Notes: generated from the letters alone by a model not told the origin. A DNA stretch of 64,000 bases from Chloroflexota bacterium (GCA_964291655.2 OZ219802.1:1408001-1472000), one strand, 5' to 3'. Positions 9,507 to 22,126 are shown, counted from the first letter of the stretch. Program-made: numbers and translations.

Positions 9507-10181
9507 TTACTGATTGCCGAGGATTCCATTCAGGACACTCTGGAACTCGGCTACCGGTCTCCCACCCTCGAAGACCTCTACAATGCGATGGTCGGCATCG
9601 AGGATGTAGGTTGTCGGGAATGAGCTGATATTGTACGCGGTGGCGACCTGAAGGCTGGGATCGAAGAGTAGGGGATAGGTGACGCTGAACTCTTTCTGGA
9701 ACCACTCGATATCGCCCGCCGTGATGTGCCTCTTGTCAGCCGGGTAATCTTTTCCGTATGGGGTCGCGCTGATGGAGACGATGTGCACGCGGTCGCCGTA
9801 CTCGGCGTGAATCTCATTCAGGCGCGGCGCTTCGTCCTGGCAGTGCGGGCACCACGGGGCAAAGAACGCAATCAGCACCGGTTTGCCCGCGAGCGACTCG
9901 AGGCTCACCGTTTCCTCTGCCGTGTCCTGCAACGAAAAGTCGGGGGCAGCCGCGCCAACTTCCAGGACCGTGCGCTGCTGGGATTCTCCCATATCCTCCG
10001 TCGGCAGCGCGCTGCTGCTGTCGGCGGGCTGGGGCGTTCCAACAATGCCGGGTAGGACGGATGGCACAACCAGCGCCAGGACCCCAAGCACGACCACAAC
10101 CGGAATAATCCACTTCCGCCATGCCCGTGCCATGGATCTTCCACTCTGGGTGTTGCGTTTCTTCGACTTCGCTCTTGGCAT
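9507..10181 (-). CDS. Membrane-anchored TlpA/ResA thiol-disulfide oxidoreductase
   Basis: N-terminal TM helix, APDFSL, FFAPWCPHC, FPTTY. Confidence 0.88.
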   Translation of the reverse strand: MPRAKSKKRNTQSGRSMARAWRKWIIPVVVVLGVLALVVPSVLPGIVGTPQPADSSSALPTEDMGESQQRTVLEVGAAAPDFSLQDTAEETVSLESLAGKPVLIAFFAPWCPHCQDEAPRLNEIHAEYGDRVHIVSISATPYGKDYPADKRHITAGDIEWFQKEFSVTYPLLFDPSLQVATAYNISSFPTTYILDADHRIVEVFEGGRPVAEFQSVLNGILGNQ

Positions 10182-10549
10182 GTTAGTGCTCTCTTGCCCG
10201 GCAATTCTTGGGTAAATTATTCGTTTGTAAAGTCGAGCGCCGCGCCATCACAACCGCGCTTGCGCACTTGCCTCCCTGCGTCGCAAGATGATCAGACACA
10301 GACTTGCCTGGCTTACCTGTACGGTGGTTGTCTTGAGTTTCGCAGGTTTGCAACCCTTTGAGGCTATCCCTGTCCGCCCCTGCCAATGGGAGACCCTTCT
10401 CTCCCGCATACTGCCCTAGCAGTCGGACTCTGTCAATTGCGGCGAGCCCAGCAGTGCCTCCTTCCCATTGTCCCGACTGAGGTACATGGCGCACCATCGG
10501 GAGGAAGCATCTCTTCGACAATATCGGGCATTCCAAACTTGTAACGGAG

Positions 10550-13048
<2,499 letters not shown>

Positions 13049-13170
13049 ACGCTCTCCTTGCGGTCAGAAAGGGCACTCGCGGCGCTGTTATTTCGTAATT
13101 CTCGGACCGCTCCGTCACAGTTGTGAAAACAGATGTTATCGGCTGACTTCGTAAGAGACGCAGTCTCTCT

Positions 13171-13318
13171 CCGGTAGCGCAGGTTCGCAACCTGCGTCCT
13201 GACTTCGCTCCGGTAGCGCAGGTTTGCAACCTGTGACCTAACATTGCCCCGGTAGCATAGGTTTGTAACCTGTGTCCTGACTTTGCCTCGGTAGCGCAGG
13301 TTTGTAATTTGCGTCCGC
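13171..13318. repeat. Four tandem 39-bp GTAG-type REP units
   Basis: CCGGTAGCGCAGGTT(T/C)G(C/T)AACCTG(C/T)G starting at 13171, 13210, 13249 and 13288. Confidence 0.92.
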
Positions 13319-13729
13319 TGCCGTCTCTCCGGCAAGAGAGGGACTTCGCCTGCTCTGTGTCACGCGGCTCCACCCCAAGCGGGTGGGCAGCCCCCGCGCT
13401 ACACTTCTATCTGAGATTGCACGTGGTCTGCGACCTTTGACCTCAACCAACGAGCTAGCGAGCACCGCGATGAGGAGGCCTTCGATTTCATCGAAGTCGC
13501 CGTATCCATCTCTCGCATGCGGTCTGCCACGACCAGGGTGTGCTCTCAGTGTTTCTGGGAAACTAGGGTCCTCGTCTCCGCGCAGATTGCACCAGTTGCA
13601 GCCACTACCCGTGTGCTCACACTGCACGTGTGCTCGCACTGCGTTGTGCCAAGGTCGTCCCGAGCAGGTAAGGGCCGAAATTGCGGAACCGTTCGCCACG
13701 CCACACGGTGTCTACCAGCCGAAACATAC

Positions 13730-14257
13730 TCAACTGTCATTCGTGGCTTCAGCGGAATCCGATGCGACGTAGTCACCTCTTTGTCCGCCGCTCTTCTGAA
13801 GCAAGTGCACGCTCTCGATGCGCATGCCCCTGTCCACAGCTTTGCACATGTCATAAATGGTGAGAGCCGCCACGCTGACGGCGGTGAGCGCTTCCATCTC
13901 CACGCCCGTTTTGCCCGTGGTGCGCACCGAAGCCTGGATGCGAACGCAACTCTGGGCTTCGTCCAGGTTAAAGTTCATATCTACCCCGCTCAACGGCAAG
14001 GGGTGGCACATCGGGACGAGTTGCCAGGAGGACTTTGCCGCCATGATGCCCGCCACTTGTGCCACTGCCAACACGTTGCCCTTCTTGAGCGGACCAACCG
14101 CCTGGGGCGGCGTTTCCTGCTGTTGGCGGATTAGTGTCAAGGTCTCCGGCAGCATCACGACCGCGCCTTGCGCGGTGGCCTCTCGGGCGGTATCCGGCTT
14201 GTCACCTACGTCTACCATGCGCGGCAAACCGGACTCATTGAAGTGTGTAAGCGCCAC
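13730..14257 (-). CDS. moaC: Cyclic pyranopterin monophosphate synthase
   Basis: RMVDVGDK, KKGNVL, PMCHPL, TGVEMEALTAVSVAALTIYDMCKAVD. Confidence 0.97.
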   Translation of the reverse strand: MALTHFNESGLPRMVDVGDKPDTAREATAQGAVVMLPETLTLIRQQQETPPQAVGPLKKGNVLAVAQVAGIMAAKSSWQLVPMCHPLPLSGVDMNFNLDEAQSCVRIQASVRTTGKTGVEMEALTAVSVAALTIYDMCKAVDRGMRIESVHLLQKSGGQRGDYVASDSAEATNDS

Positions 14258-14483
14258 TGCCAGAATCGCCTTGATGCCATATGTGGGGGGCTACATCCAT
14301 TATAGCATTTTCGTGAGGCTTGTGCCCTTTTTCACATATGCACGTGCACCTTGCGTCTGGGGCTATACTAGGTGGCAGAGGTAACGGGGAGAAGCGTGCT
14401 CAGCGTGCTTGCAGAGCGGGTTGGGCCACTTGCAAGACTTCATCGCCGCCAAGGCCAAATCTTGTTAACTGGGGAAGAAGAAC

Positions 14484-15218
14484 ATGATCATCGATGCTCA
14501 TGTCCATATCAAAGGCGGCGACGTGTACCGCCGCGAGTTGGACCCGGACGACACCATCCAGTACATGGACCAAGCCGGTGTGGATAAATCGTGCGTGTTT
14601 TCCATCTGCCTCCCCAGCCGCGAATCCAACGAAATGACGCGCCGGGCGATCAGCGGGCGTGAAGACCGCCTGATTCCGTTTGCCCACATGGTGCCGGAAG
14701 AAGGGTCTGTGGGCATGGAAGCGTTGCGCCGCGCCATCGAGGACTGGGGGTTTCGCGGCATCAAGTTGCACTTTGGCGAGGTGAAAGGGGAGATTACCGA
14801 CGCGCTTTTCCTCCCCATACTGGAACTGGGTGCCGGCTACGGCATTCCTATCCTCCTCTGCTGCGCTCATCGGCCGGAGTTCCCCGACCGCTGGGCGGAC
14901 GCCGTGCCGGAGGCCAAGATCATCATTCCCCACCTGGGCTCCAGCCGCGACCAGGACATGAACTGGCGCTTCTTCGACGTGGCCAAGCGACACGACAACA
15001 TCTGGCTGGATACGTCATTCACCAGCGGCCCGTGGATGATCCGCGAGGCCTATCACGCTCTCGGCGCCCACAAGCTCATCTGGGGCTCGGACGGCGGTGG
15101 CGACTATAATCCGCCCCTGCCCGAAATGGCCAAGGTAAAGGTCTGGGAGCTCCCTGAAGCGGACTACGCCAAAGTCATGGGCGGCAACATCCTGGCATTG
15201 CTCGGAGGCAGGGCGTAG
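14484..15218 (+). CDS. Amidohydrolase_2 family protein
   Basis: MIIDAHVH, FRGIKLH, IIPHLG, LDTS, IWGSD. Confidence 0.87.
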   Translation: MIIDAHVHIKGGDVYRRELDPDDTIQYMDQAGVDKSCVFSICLPSRESNEMTRRAISGREDRLIPFAHMVPEEGSVGMEALRRAIEDWGFRGIKLHFGEVKGEITDALFLPILELGAGYGIPILLCCAHRPEFPDRWADAVPEAKIIIPHLGSSRDQDMNWRFFDVAKRHDNIWLDTSFTSGPWMIREAYHALGAHKLIWGSDGGGDYNPPLPEMAKVKVWELPEADYAKVMGGNILALLGGRA

Positions 15219-15383
15219 TCATCTGATCTAACACAGCAATTCTTCTCCCAAGAAGATGCCATTGCATGGATGCTTATGGCGACGGAATGGATGGACTAAG
15301 AGGATTCTCCCTCACCCTAGCCCTCTCCCGCTGGAGACCTTTGCACAACCCCACATTCGGGCAGGGGCGCTCCCTCTCCTGGG

Positions 15384-17027
15384 GAGGGTGTCTCAAAAAT
15401 AGATCTACTGGATATATACTGGTGTGAAGAGAAGCAAGGTGAGGTGGTGGGATAGTTTGTAGAGAGGTAGTGACGATGCCGTTGAGACCGTTTAGTCGTG
15501 AACAGGCCTGGCTGTTGCCGCCGACGCTGGACGAACTGATCCCGGACGACCATCCTGTCAGGTTTGCGGCAGCGTTCGTGGACAGCCTCGATGCTGCGGC
15601 CTGGGAGGCGATGGAGATTGACCTGCAAGGCGATCCGCGTGGCGCCGGGGCCTACCATCCGCGCGCGCTGCTGGGCGTATGGGTCTACGGCTTCATGACC
15701 GGCGTGCGCTCGAGCCGCAAGCTGGAGGCAGCCTGCCGGGATCAGGTACCGTACCTGTGGCTGGTGGGGATGCAGCAGCCGGACCACAACACGCTGTGGC
15801 GCTTCTACAAGGCGCACCGCGACCGGATGCGGACGCTGCTCAAGCGCACGGTGCGCACGGCGGTGCGAGCCGGCCTGGTGGAGTTGGCAATCCAGGCGGT
15901 GGACGGCACCAGGATCGCGGCCAACGCCGGGACGCGGCATACCCACGACGCGCAGGGGCTGCAGCGGCTGTTGTCCCGCACCGAGCAAGCGATCGCGGAC
16001 CTGGAGGCGCAGAACGCCACGGGGGGCGACGCGCCGCCAGCGACTTTGCCGCAGGAACTTGCCGATGCCCAGGCCCTGCGGCGGCGGGTGGACGACGCGC
16101 TCGCCCGCGTCGCGGCTGAGGACGGGCCGCGCTACACGAACCTGACTGATGCGGACGCGGCCCTGCTCAAGACTGGCATGGGTGGCTTCATCACCGGCTA
16201 CAACGCCCAGGCGCTGGTCTCCCCTCTTGCGTCCCCGGACGAGGGCGCAGGGGGGAGGTTGATCACAGCCGTGGACGTGAGCGCCAGTGCCGACGACCAT
16301 CCCCACCTGGCGCCGCTGATCGAGGCGGCGCAGGAGAACATCGACGCCGCGCGGGACGTGGTGACCGTTGCGGACGCCGGCTACCATTCGGGGGCCAACC
16401 TCGCCACGTGCCACGCCGGCGGCCACACGGTATTGATGCCCACGACCCACGAGCGCAGACGCCGCAACCCCTACCATAAAGACCACTTCACCTACCGTCC
16501 AGAGACCGACACCTACCTGTGTCCCCAGCAAAAGGTGCTCACCTACACGCACCGCTTGACCCACAGCAACGGCTACCGGGTCAAGCGGTACCAAGCCAAC
16601 GGCCGGGACTGCAGAACCTGTCCGGCCTTCGGCGTCTGCACCTCCTCCCAGAGGGGCCGCTCCATAAAGATCAGCGCCTACGAGCCAATACTGCAACGGC
16701 ACAGGCAGTTGATGGCCACCGCGCCTGCCAAGCAGGTGTACCGCCGCCGGAGTACCATCGTCGAGCCGGTCTTTGGCCTGCTCAAGGAGTGGCACAGTGC
16801 CAGGCGCTTCCTGCTCAGAGGCCGCAGCCACGTGACGTCCGAATGGCACCTGCTGGCCACCGCGTTCAATCTCAAGAGCCTCCACGCCCTGTGGCGGTCT
16901 GGGTGTAGTCCAGCGTCGCCCCGGGGACGAGTCTCTCACTGGCACCGTCTTGTTCATACCACCCGCCATCTGTCTGTCCTTCTCACCCCATTCACCGTGC
17001 CCCGCACCAAAATATTGAGACAGCCTC
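15384..17027 (+). mobile_element. IS1182-family insertion sequence, copy 1 (1644 bp)
   Basis: IRs GAGGGTGTCTCAAAA / TATTGAGACAGCCTC; same length as the inverted copy at 54475-56118 with identical shared transposase sequence. Confidence 0.92.
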
Positions 17028-17110
17028 CCCAGGAGAGGGAGTGCTCCTGCTTGAAAGTGGGGTTGTGCAAGGGTCTCCCCCGAGAGAGGGAGCAATTCCG
17101 GCACTGCTAG
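15470..17110 (+). CDS. IS1182 family transposase
   Basis: DHPVR, SSRKLE, PDHNTLWRF, VDGT, GYNAQ, ADAGY, CxxC insertion, VEPVFG. Confidence 0.93.
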   Translation: MTMPLRPFSREQAWLLPPTLDELIPDDHPVRFAAAFVDSLDAAAWEAMEIDLQGDPRGAGAYHPRALLGVWVYGFMTGVRSSRKLEAACRDQVPYLWLVGMQQPDHNTLWRFYKAHRDRMRTLLKRTVRTAVRAGLVELAIQAVDGTRIAANAGTRHTHDAQGLQRLLSRTEQAIADLEAQNATGGDAPPATLPQELADAQALRRRVDDALARVAAEDGPRYTNLTDADAALLKTGMGGFITGYNAQALVSPLASPDEGAGGRLITAVDVSASADDHPHLAPLIEAAQENIDAARDVVTVADAGYHSGANLATCHAGGHTVLMPTTHERRRRNPYHKDHFTYRPETDTYLCPQQKVLTYTHRLTHSNGYRVKRYQANGRDCRTCPAFGVCTSSQRGRSIKISAYEPILQRHRQLMATAPAKQVYRRRSTIVEPVFGLLKEWHSARRFLLRGRSHVTSEWHLLATAFNLKSLHALWRSGCSPASPRGRVSHWHRLVHTTRHLSVLLTPFTVPRTKILRQPPQERECSCLKVGLCKGLPREREQFRHC

Positions 17111-17164
17111 GCGAAGTTTCGCAAAGGTCCTCCAGGGAGAGGGAGCTTGTCACTCGACTTCAGT

Positions 17165-17305
17165 GGGGGGGGGGGGGGGTGGACATGGGACTGGAAGTCC
17201 ACGGATGTCCCGTACCCGGTTCGGGACATCCATGAAAGAGAAAGTAGAGTAGGAGTAGGAGTAGGAGTAGGAGAAGGAGAAGGAGAAGGAGAGGGAGAGG
17301 AGGAG
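17165..17305 (+). repeat. G15 run, GGATGTCCCG/CGGGACATCC hairpin and (AGTAGG)n(AGAAGG)n hexamer tract
   Basis: Read directly; encodes VGVGVGVGEGEGEGEGEE in ORF 17147-17389. Confidence 0.85.
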
Positions 17306-17445
17306 TCTAAACCTTTCGGACCCAATAGTGCTGCAGTCTCCTGCGGAGGAGACTATGCCAACCGGTGTCCGAAAAGTCAGGCATGCTAGAATGTGAAAAA
17401 TCACACGTGCCCGTTCTTGAACCCCGCGCTGAGACTATCGCCACT

Positions 17446-19434
17446 ATGTCTTCCGCTGAAACCCCTCACGCCTCATCTCTCCACCTGGATAGCAGGACGA
17501 TGGACGCTATCTACGGTCCGGACGGCCTGCTCGTCGAGGCCGGATGGGAACACCGCGCCGGGCAGCAGGCGATGGCGTCCGCCATCAGTGCGGCGCTGGC
17601 GGATCGCCGTCACTTGGTGGTAGAAGCCGGCACCGGTGTGGGGAAGAGCCTTGCCTACCTCATCCCGGCAGTCTTGGCCCGGCGCGCGGACCCGGACTGC
17701 GGCCCCATCGTCATTTCCACCGCAACCAAGGTGCTGCAAGACCAGCTCTTCTTCAAGGATGTGCCGGCTGTACAACAGTTCCTCGCCCCGTTTGGCATTA
17801 CGTTCGACGCCATTGTTGCGAAGGGTCTGGGAAACTACGCCTGCAAGCTCAAGCTGGATGAAACGACGGGCAGCCTGCTACCGCCGGAGGGACTGGCGGG
17901 CATGATGGAATGGCTGGGTGAGACGACCACCGGCGATGTGGACGAGCTCCGCTTCACGCTTTCCGCAGAGCTGCGCGAGCGCACCATTGCCACCGATACC
18001 GACTGCATTCGACGGAGCTGCCGCTTTTACAGAGACCGGTCATGCTGGTATTTCGCCATGCGCGAGCAGTTGAAGGAAGCGGACGTTGTCATCTGCAACC
18101 ACGCGCTGCTCTGTCTCAGCACGCTGGCTGAAATTCTGCCCCAGCACGCCTTTCTAATCATCGACGAGGCGCATCAGTTGGAGAACTTTGCCTATGCGGC
18201 GTTCACGGATACCCTGACGCCGCGCAGCATCTCCCGTCTCATCCCCGATGAGTCCGGTCTGGAGGGCCTGCGTGACGCGCTCCAGCGGGGAGTGGCAACG
18301 ACGTGGGAGCAGTTTACGGCCTTGCTGCTGCAAAAGGGGCGGGGCGAGTGGGGCAGCCGTCAAGTTTCGGTGCCGGAAACCCAGGAGTTTGCCGCCGGAC
18401 CGGTCACGAACGCGCTGAATCGCTACTACCAATTCCTCAAAGAGCGTCTGCCGCAGATGCCAAGCGAGGAGGAAGAAGCAAAGCTACAGAAGCGCATCGA
18501 TCAGGTGGAGTCAGTTGTCAATCGGATAGAATGCTTCTGTGCTCCAACGCTGCAAGGGGAGCTGCGCTATGTGGAGGAGGGACGTAACAGCATCCAACTG
18601 CATCGCACGCCCATTGATGTATCGGAGCACCTCTCCCGCGTCGTGCAGCGGACGCAGGCTACGGTGTACACGTCGGCGACGCTGGCCGTGGGCGGCAGCA
18701 TGAAGTTCTTCGCATCGCGCGTAGGAGCCGGCGCTTCGCCCGCAGGCGCGAGTGACTACCGTGAAGCCGTGTGCGAAAGCCCGTTTATCTTTGAAGAACA
18801 GGCGCTCATCTGGGCGCCGCGACCGCGCGAACTCTCCGAGCCGCCCTCACGCTGGGAAGGAGATGCCGCGCGCGCCTACGTTGCGGCGTTGGTGGACCGC
18901 TTGGAGCGCTTGGTGGTTGCCTCCCAGGGACGCGCCTTTCTGCTCTTTACGAGCTACCGGGCACTGGAGCACTGTTATCAAGAGCTGTCGCGGCGCTTGG
19001 GTGACGACTTGCTGTGTCTGCGCCAGGGCGAGATGCCGCGGCGGGAACTGCTGCGGGTTTTTCAGGAAGACGGTAACGCGATACTCTGCGCCACCAAGTC
19101 CTTCTGGCAAGGCGTGGACGTGCCCGGCGAGGCGCTCTCGGTGGTCGCCATCGACCGGCTGCCGTTCTCAGCGCCGTCGCCGCTTTCTCAAGCCCGGCTG
19201 GATGCTGTGACCCAGGCCGGGGGCAACTGGTTCCGGGACTTGATGCTGCCGGAAGCCATCATCGACCTCAAGCAGGGCTTTGGCCGTCTCATTCGGAGCC
19301 CGGCAGACAGCGGCGTGATGGTGCTGCTCGATGCGCGCATTCATACGAAATTCTACGGCAAGACGATTCTCAATTCACTGCCTCCGGCGCGTCGGGCCGG
19401 AGAATTCGCGGACGTGGAACAGTTCTTCCGGTAA
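17446..19434 (+). CDS. DinG/YoaA family Fe-S ATP-dependent DNA helicase (start uncertain)
   Basis: Q-motif RAGQ, EAGTGVGKS, four Cys of the Fe-S domain, DEAH, SAT, FWQGVD, QGFGRLIRS. Confidence 0.93.
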   Translation: MSSAETPHASSLHLDSRTMDAIYGPDGLLVEAGWEHRAGQQAMASAISAALADRRHLVVEAGTGVGKSLAYLIPAVLARRADPDCGPIVISTATKVLQDQLFFKDVPAVQQFLAPFGITFDAIVAKGLGNYACKLKLDETTGSLLPPEGLAGMMEWLGETTTGDVDELRFTLSAELRERTIATDTDCIRRSCRFYRDRSCWYFAMREQLKEADVVICNHALLCLSTLAEILPQHAFLIIDEAHQLENFAYAAFTDTLTPRSISRLIPDESGLEGLRDALQRGVATTWEQFTALLLQKGRGEWGSRQVSVPETQEFAAGPVTNALNRYYQFLKERLPQMPSEEEEAKLQKRIDQVESVVNRIECFCAPTLQGELRYVEEGRNSIQLHRTPIDVSEHLSRVVQRTQATVYTSATLAVGGSMKFFASRVGAGASPAGASDYREAVCESPFIFEEQALIWAPRPRELSEPPSRWEGDAARAYVAALVDRLERLVVASQGRAFLLFTSYRALEHCYQELSRRLGDDLLCLRQGEMPRRELLRVFQEDGNAILCATKSFWQGVDVPGEALSVVAIDRLPFSAPSPLSQARLDAVTQAGGNWFRDLMLPEAIIDLKQGFGRLIRSPADSGVMVLLDARIHTKFYGKTILNSLPPARRAGEFADVEQFFR

Positions 19435-19604
19435 GTCTGGGAGGCGACCCCATCCTGCGTGGCAGTGAATTGGGGTCGCAAAGTGACAGTTCTGCCAGTG
19501 CTTTCGCAACTCACCGTAGCCTTCGGTGCCGACCGTATCCTCGGTATCCACCGTACGCCACGGATCTCACCGAAACCCGCGGTACAAATCGTTCGCCCCG
19601 ATCA

Positions 19605-19965
19605 CTTCGACAAGCTCAGCACGAACGGGGAGGCACTTCACATGAACGTGGCATACACCGTTCGCCCTGAGCGGAGTCGAAGGGTGAACGGCTGTGATAC
19701 GGGTAAACGGTTCCGAGTGCTCTATCGTGCCGTTCGTACTTCGACAAGCTCAGCACGAACGGGGAGGCAATTCACACGAACGTGGCATACACCGTTCGCC
19801 CTGAGCGGAGTCGAAGGGTGAACGGTTGTGATACGGGTAAATGGATTCGAGTACTCTATCGTGCCGTTCATGCTTCGACAAGCTCAGCACGAACGGGGAG
19901 GCAATTCACACGAACGTGGCATACACCGTTCGCCCTGAGCACTTCGACAGGCTCAGCACGAACGG
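19605..19965. repeat. BIME-like tandem array, 134-bp unit x~2.6, containing inverted REP pairs
   Basis: CTTCGACAAGCTCAGCACGAACGG at 19605, 19739 and 19873, paired with CCGTTCGCCCTGAGCGGAGTCGAAGGG; lies between convergent genes. Confidence 0.92.
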
Positions 19966-19984
19966 CATGACGACCCGTAGGCTG

Positions 19985-21355
19985 TTACTGCAATTCAGGC
20001 AGCGGCGGCATGTGGCGTTGCGCCCACGTAGCTATCTCTTGTGTCAGGAATCGTTCCACGCCGAGGGCAACTTTGCGTTCGCCAAGAAGCTGGCTGAACG
20101 CGCGCAGTTGAAGTTGGGAAAGGGCGTTGGGCGTCAGTGGCACGTCGTCGGCTCTCTCCAATACCTCGATGATGTGAAATCCGAACGGTGACTGTATCGC
20201 TTCGCTACGCTGTCCCGGCTCCAGCTCGAAGGCCGCTTGTTCGAACGTAGGTGTCATGACGCCTCTCGGGAACCACCCCAGATCGCCGCCGGAGTCCTTC
20301 GTGCCGGGATCAAGCGACATCTCGGCCGCAAGCTCGGCAAAGTCCTCACCGGCATCCAAGCGCTCTATGGCAAGGGCAGCATCTTCTTCATTCGTCACAA
20401 GAATGTGACGGGCGTAAACTTGTGCACTGCTCGTGGGCACGGCGGCAATGGCCTCCCGCTCCAAGCGTTGACGCCACCAAGCGTCTTGCACGCGCTCCTC
20501 AAAGACGTCACGTGACATGCCCGTACCGGCAAGATAGGCTTCCACACGGTCCTCGAGTGTAGGCACCGGCGTGGGAACCTCGGGTGTGGGAGTTACCGGC
20601 GCCGCCGTAGGCGACGGGGTTGGCGGCAGTGGCGTGGCGGTGACTGTGGGCGTGCTCGCGAGCGCTGCCCGCAGCAACAATTCGTCTGACTGCCGAATCT
20701 CATCCTCACCGGGGATCGGCGTTGGTTCAGGTAAAGGCGGTGGAATTAGTGCGAGAATGCGGCTGCGCAATTGCGCTCCGCCTAACTCGTCGAGGTAGGC
20801 GGCGGTGGCTTCCTCGCGCTCGGTTTCCGTGTACGTATACTCGCGCTCAGCGGCTTCCAGGCGTATTATGATGGCCTCTATCATCTGTTCCAGAGTGAAG
20901 CTGGGCAGGTATTGCAAGCGTTGCTCTTGCTGAGACAAGAGCCTGGATGCCGCATTGCTAATCGCCGTGGGATCGGCTCCTTCTTCGCCCACGAGTTGCG
21001 GCAGAATCTGTTGCACCTGCCGTGTGAAGTAGACGTAATGCGCGAGTTCCGTGCCCAGTTCAGTGGAAAAGTCACTGGCGTTGACACTCGTAGCGCCGAT
21101 GCGTGCCACTGTAGCCCGTGCTTGCAGGACATACTCGTTGAGGTATGCGTAAAGCAGAATTAAGGCGATGAGCGCGGCAACGAACCCGGCGCCGCCCATT
21201 ATCGCCCGCCTCCTCAGGGTATCCTTCTCTCGCCGCGAGAGGTGGGCGCCCCAACCAAAGATTATCGGTTGCCCCTCTTCCGCCGGATGCTCTAGAGGAC
21301 GGGCAATGATGCGCTGGGAGCGTCGATGCGCTGAACTGGACTTTCTTCGTGGCAT
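19985..21355 (-). CDS. Membrane-anchored parvulin-type peptidyl-prolyl isomerase (PrsA/SurA-like foldase)
   Basis: TM helix, PT-rich linker, ARHILV, GGDLGWF, SPFGFHII. Confidence 0.9.
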   Translation of the reverse strand: MPRRKSSSAHRRSQRIIARPLEHPAEEGQPIIFGWGAHLSRREKDTLRRRAIMGGAGFVAALIALILLYAYLNEYVLQARATVARIGATSVNASDFSTELGTELAHYVYFTRQVQQILPQLVGEEGADPTAISNAASRLLSQQEQRLQYLPSFTLEQMIEAIIIRLEAAEREYTYTETEREEATAAYLDELGGAQLRSRILALIPPPLPEPTPIPGEDEIRQSDELLLRAALASTPTVTATPLPPTPSPTAAPVTPTPEVPTPVPTLEDRVEAYLAGTGMSRDVFEERVQDAWWRQRLEREAIAAVPTSSAQVYARHILVTNEEDAALAIERLDAGEDFAELAAEMSLDPGTKDSGGDLGWFPRGVMTPTFEQAAFELEPGQRSEAIQSPFGFHIIEVLERADDVPLTPNALSQLQLRAFSQLLGERKVALGVERFLTQEIATWAQRHMPPLPELQ

Positions 21356-21639
21356 AGAGAGACCTTCGCGTTGGATAACCTATTCGGGACTAAGCGGAGT
21401 AGACGAGAACGTGCGCCGTTCCAGTCTTGCTGCGTCCGCCGCATAGAATTCGGCTTTAGCGTTTCACGCCGAACGACCGCGCCGCCGGGAACGAAGTCTA
21501 CCGGAGACGCATAGCGGCGTGTCTCGGACCGGTCAGTAAGGCGTACGTCGCAAGCCTGACAAAGTATGGCGCGACAGAACTGCGCATACTGCGGCGCGCG
21601 GCTCCAAACGTGCGCTCGGGTGTCGCTGGAGCGGGCTCT

Positions 21640-22068
21640 TTACCGCGTGCGCGTGTGCTCCGGCGTGTAAGGCAGCAGCGCTATCGTGCGTGCCCGCTTT
21701 ATGGCAACAGAGAGCCGGCGCTGGTGTTTCTGGCACGTGCCGCTCTGGCGGTGCCCAATGATCTTTTCGCGATCATCCAGGTAGTTCCACAGGAGATCGA
21801 CGTTCTTATAGTCAATGACTTTGATGGCGTTGCCGCAGAAATAGCACGAGCGCCGGCGGCGTGGACCTCGTCCGCCCGGCCCTCGCCGGCGCGGCGGGCC
21901 GTATCGACCACCGCCGCCGCCACCACCACCGAAACGACCGCCGCCACCGCCGCCGCCGCCGCCGCCGCCACCACCGAAACGACCGCCGCCGCCGCCGCCC
22001 CCGCCTCCGCCACCACCGAACCGTCCCGGCGGCCTGCCTTGTGAATCTCGACTATCTCGATCAAGCAT
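21640..22068 (-). CDS. rpsR: 30S ribosomal protein S18 (Zn-motif type) with Gly-rich N-terminal extension
   Basis: CYFC, IDYKN, TCQKHQRRLSVAIKRARTIALLPY; follows rpsF-ssb. Confidence 0.95.
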   Translation of the reverse strand: MLDRDSRDSQGRPPGRFGGGGGGGGGGGGRFGGGGGGGGGGGGGRFGGGGGGGGRYGPPRRRGPGGRGPRRRRSCYFCGNAIKVIDYKNVDLLWNYLDDREKIIGHRQSGTCQKHQRRLSVAIKRARTIALLPYTPEHTRTR

Positions 22069-22126
22069 CAGTATTCCCCAATCCACAATCTATACTTTGA
22101 AATCGGATACGTAGCATTGAATTCCT

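Noticed and set aside
13171-13318. Possible mini-CRISPR array
   Set aside because: Period is only 39 bp, linkers are similar to each other, the unit is a GTAG REP found singly elsewhere, and there are no cas genes
13238-13699. 153-aa ORF between moaC and gyrA
   Set aside because: No RBS or recognisable domain and it runs into the REP array; at most a degraded fragment
15317-17104. 595-aa and 654-aa (54365-56329) ORFs antisense to the IS1182 transposases
   Set aside because: Shadow frames typical of GC-rich genes; no motifs, and their ends differ between copies
19605-19965. Possible CRISPR array
   Set aside because: Whole 134-bp units are duplicated; there are no unique spacers
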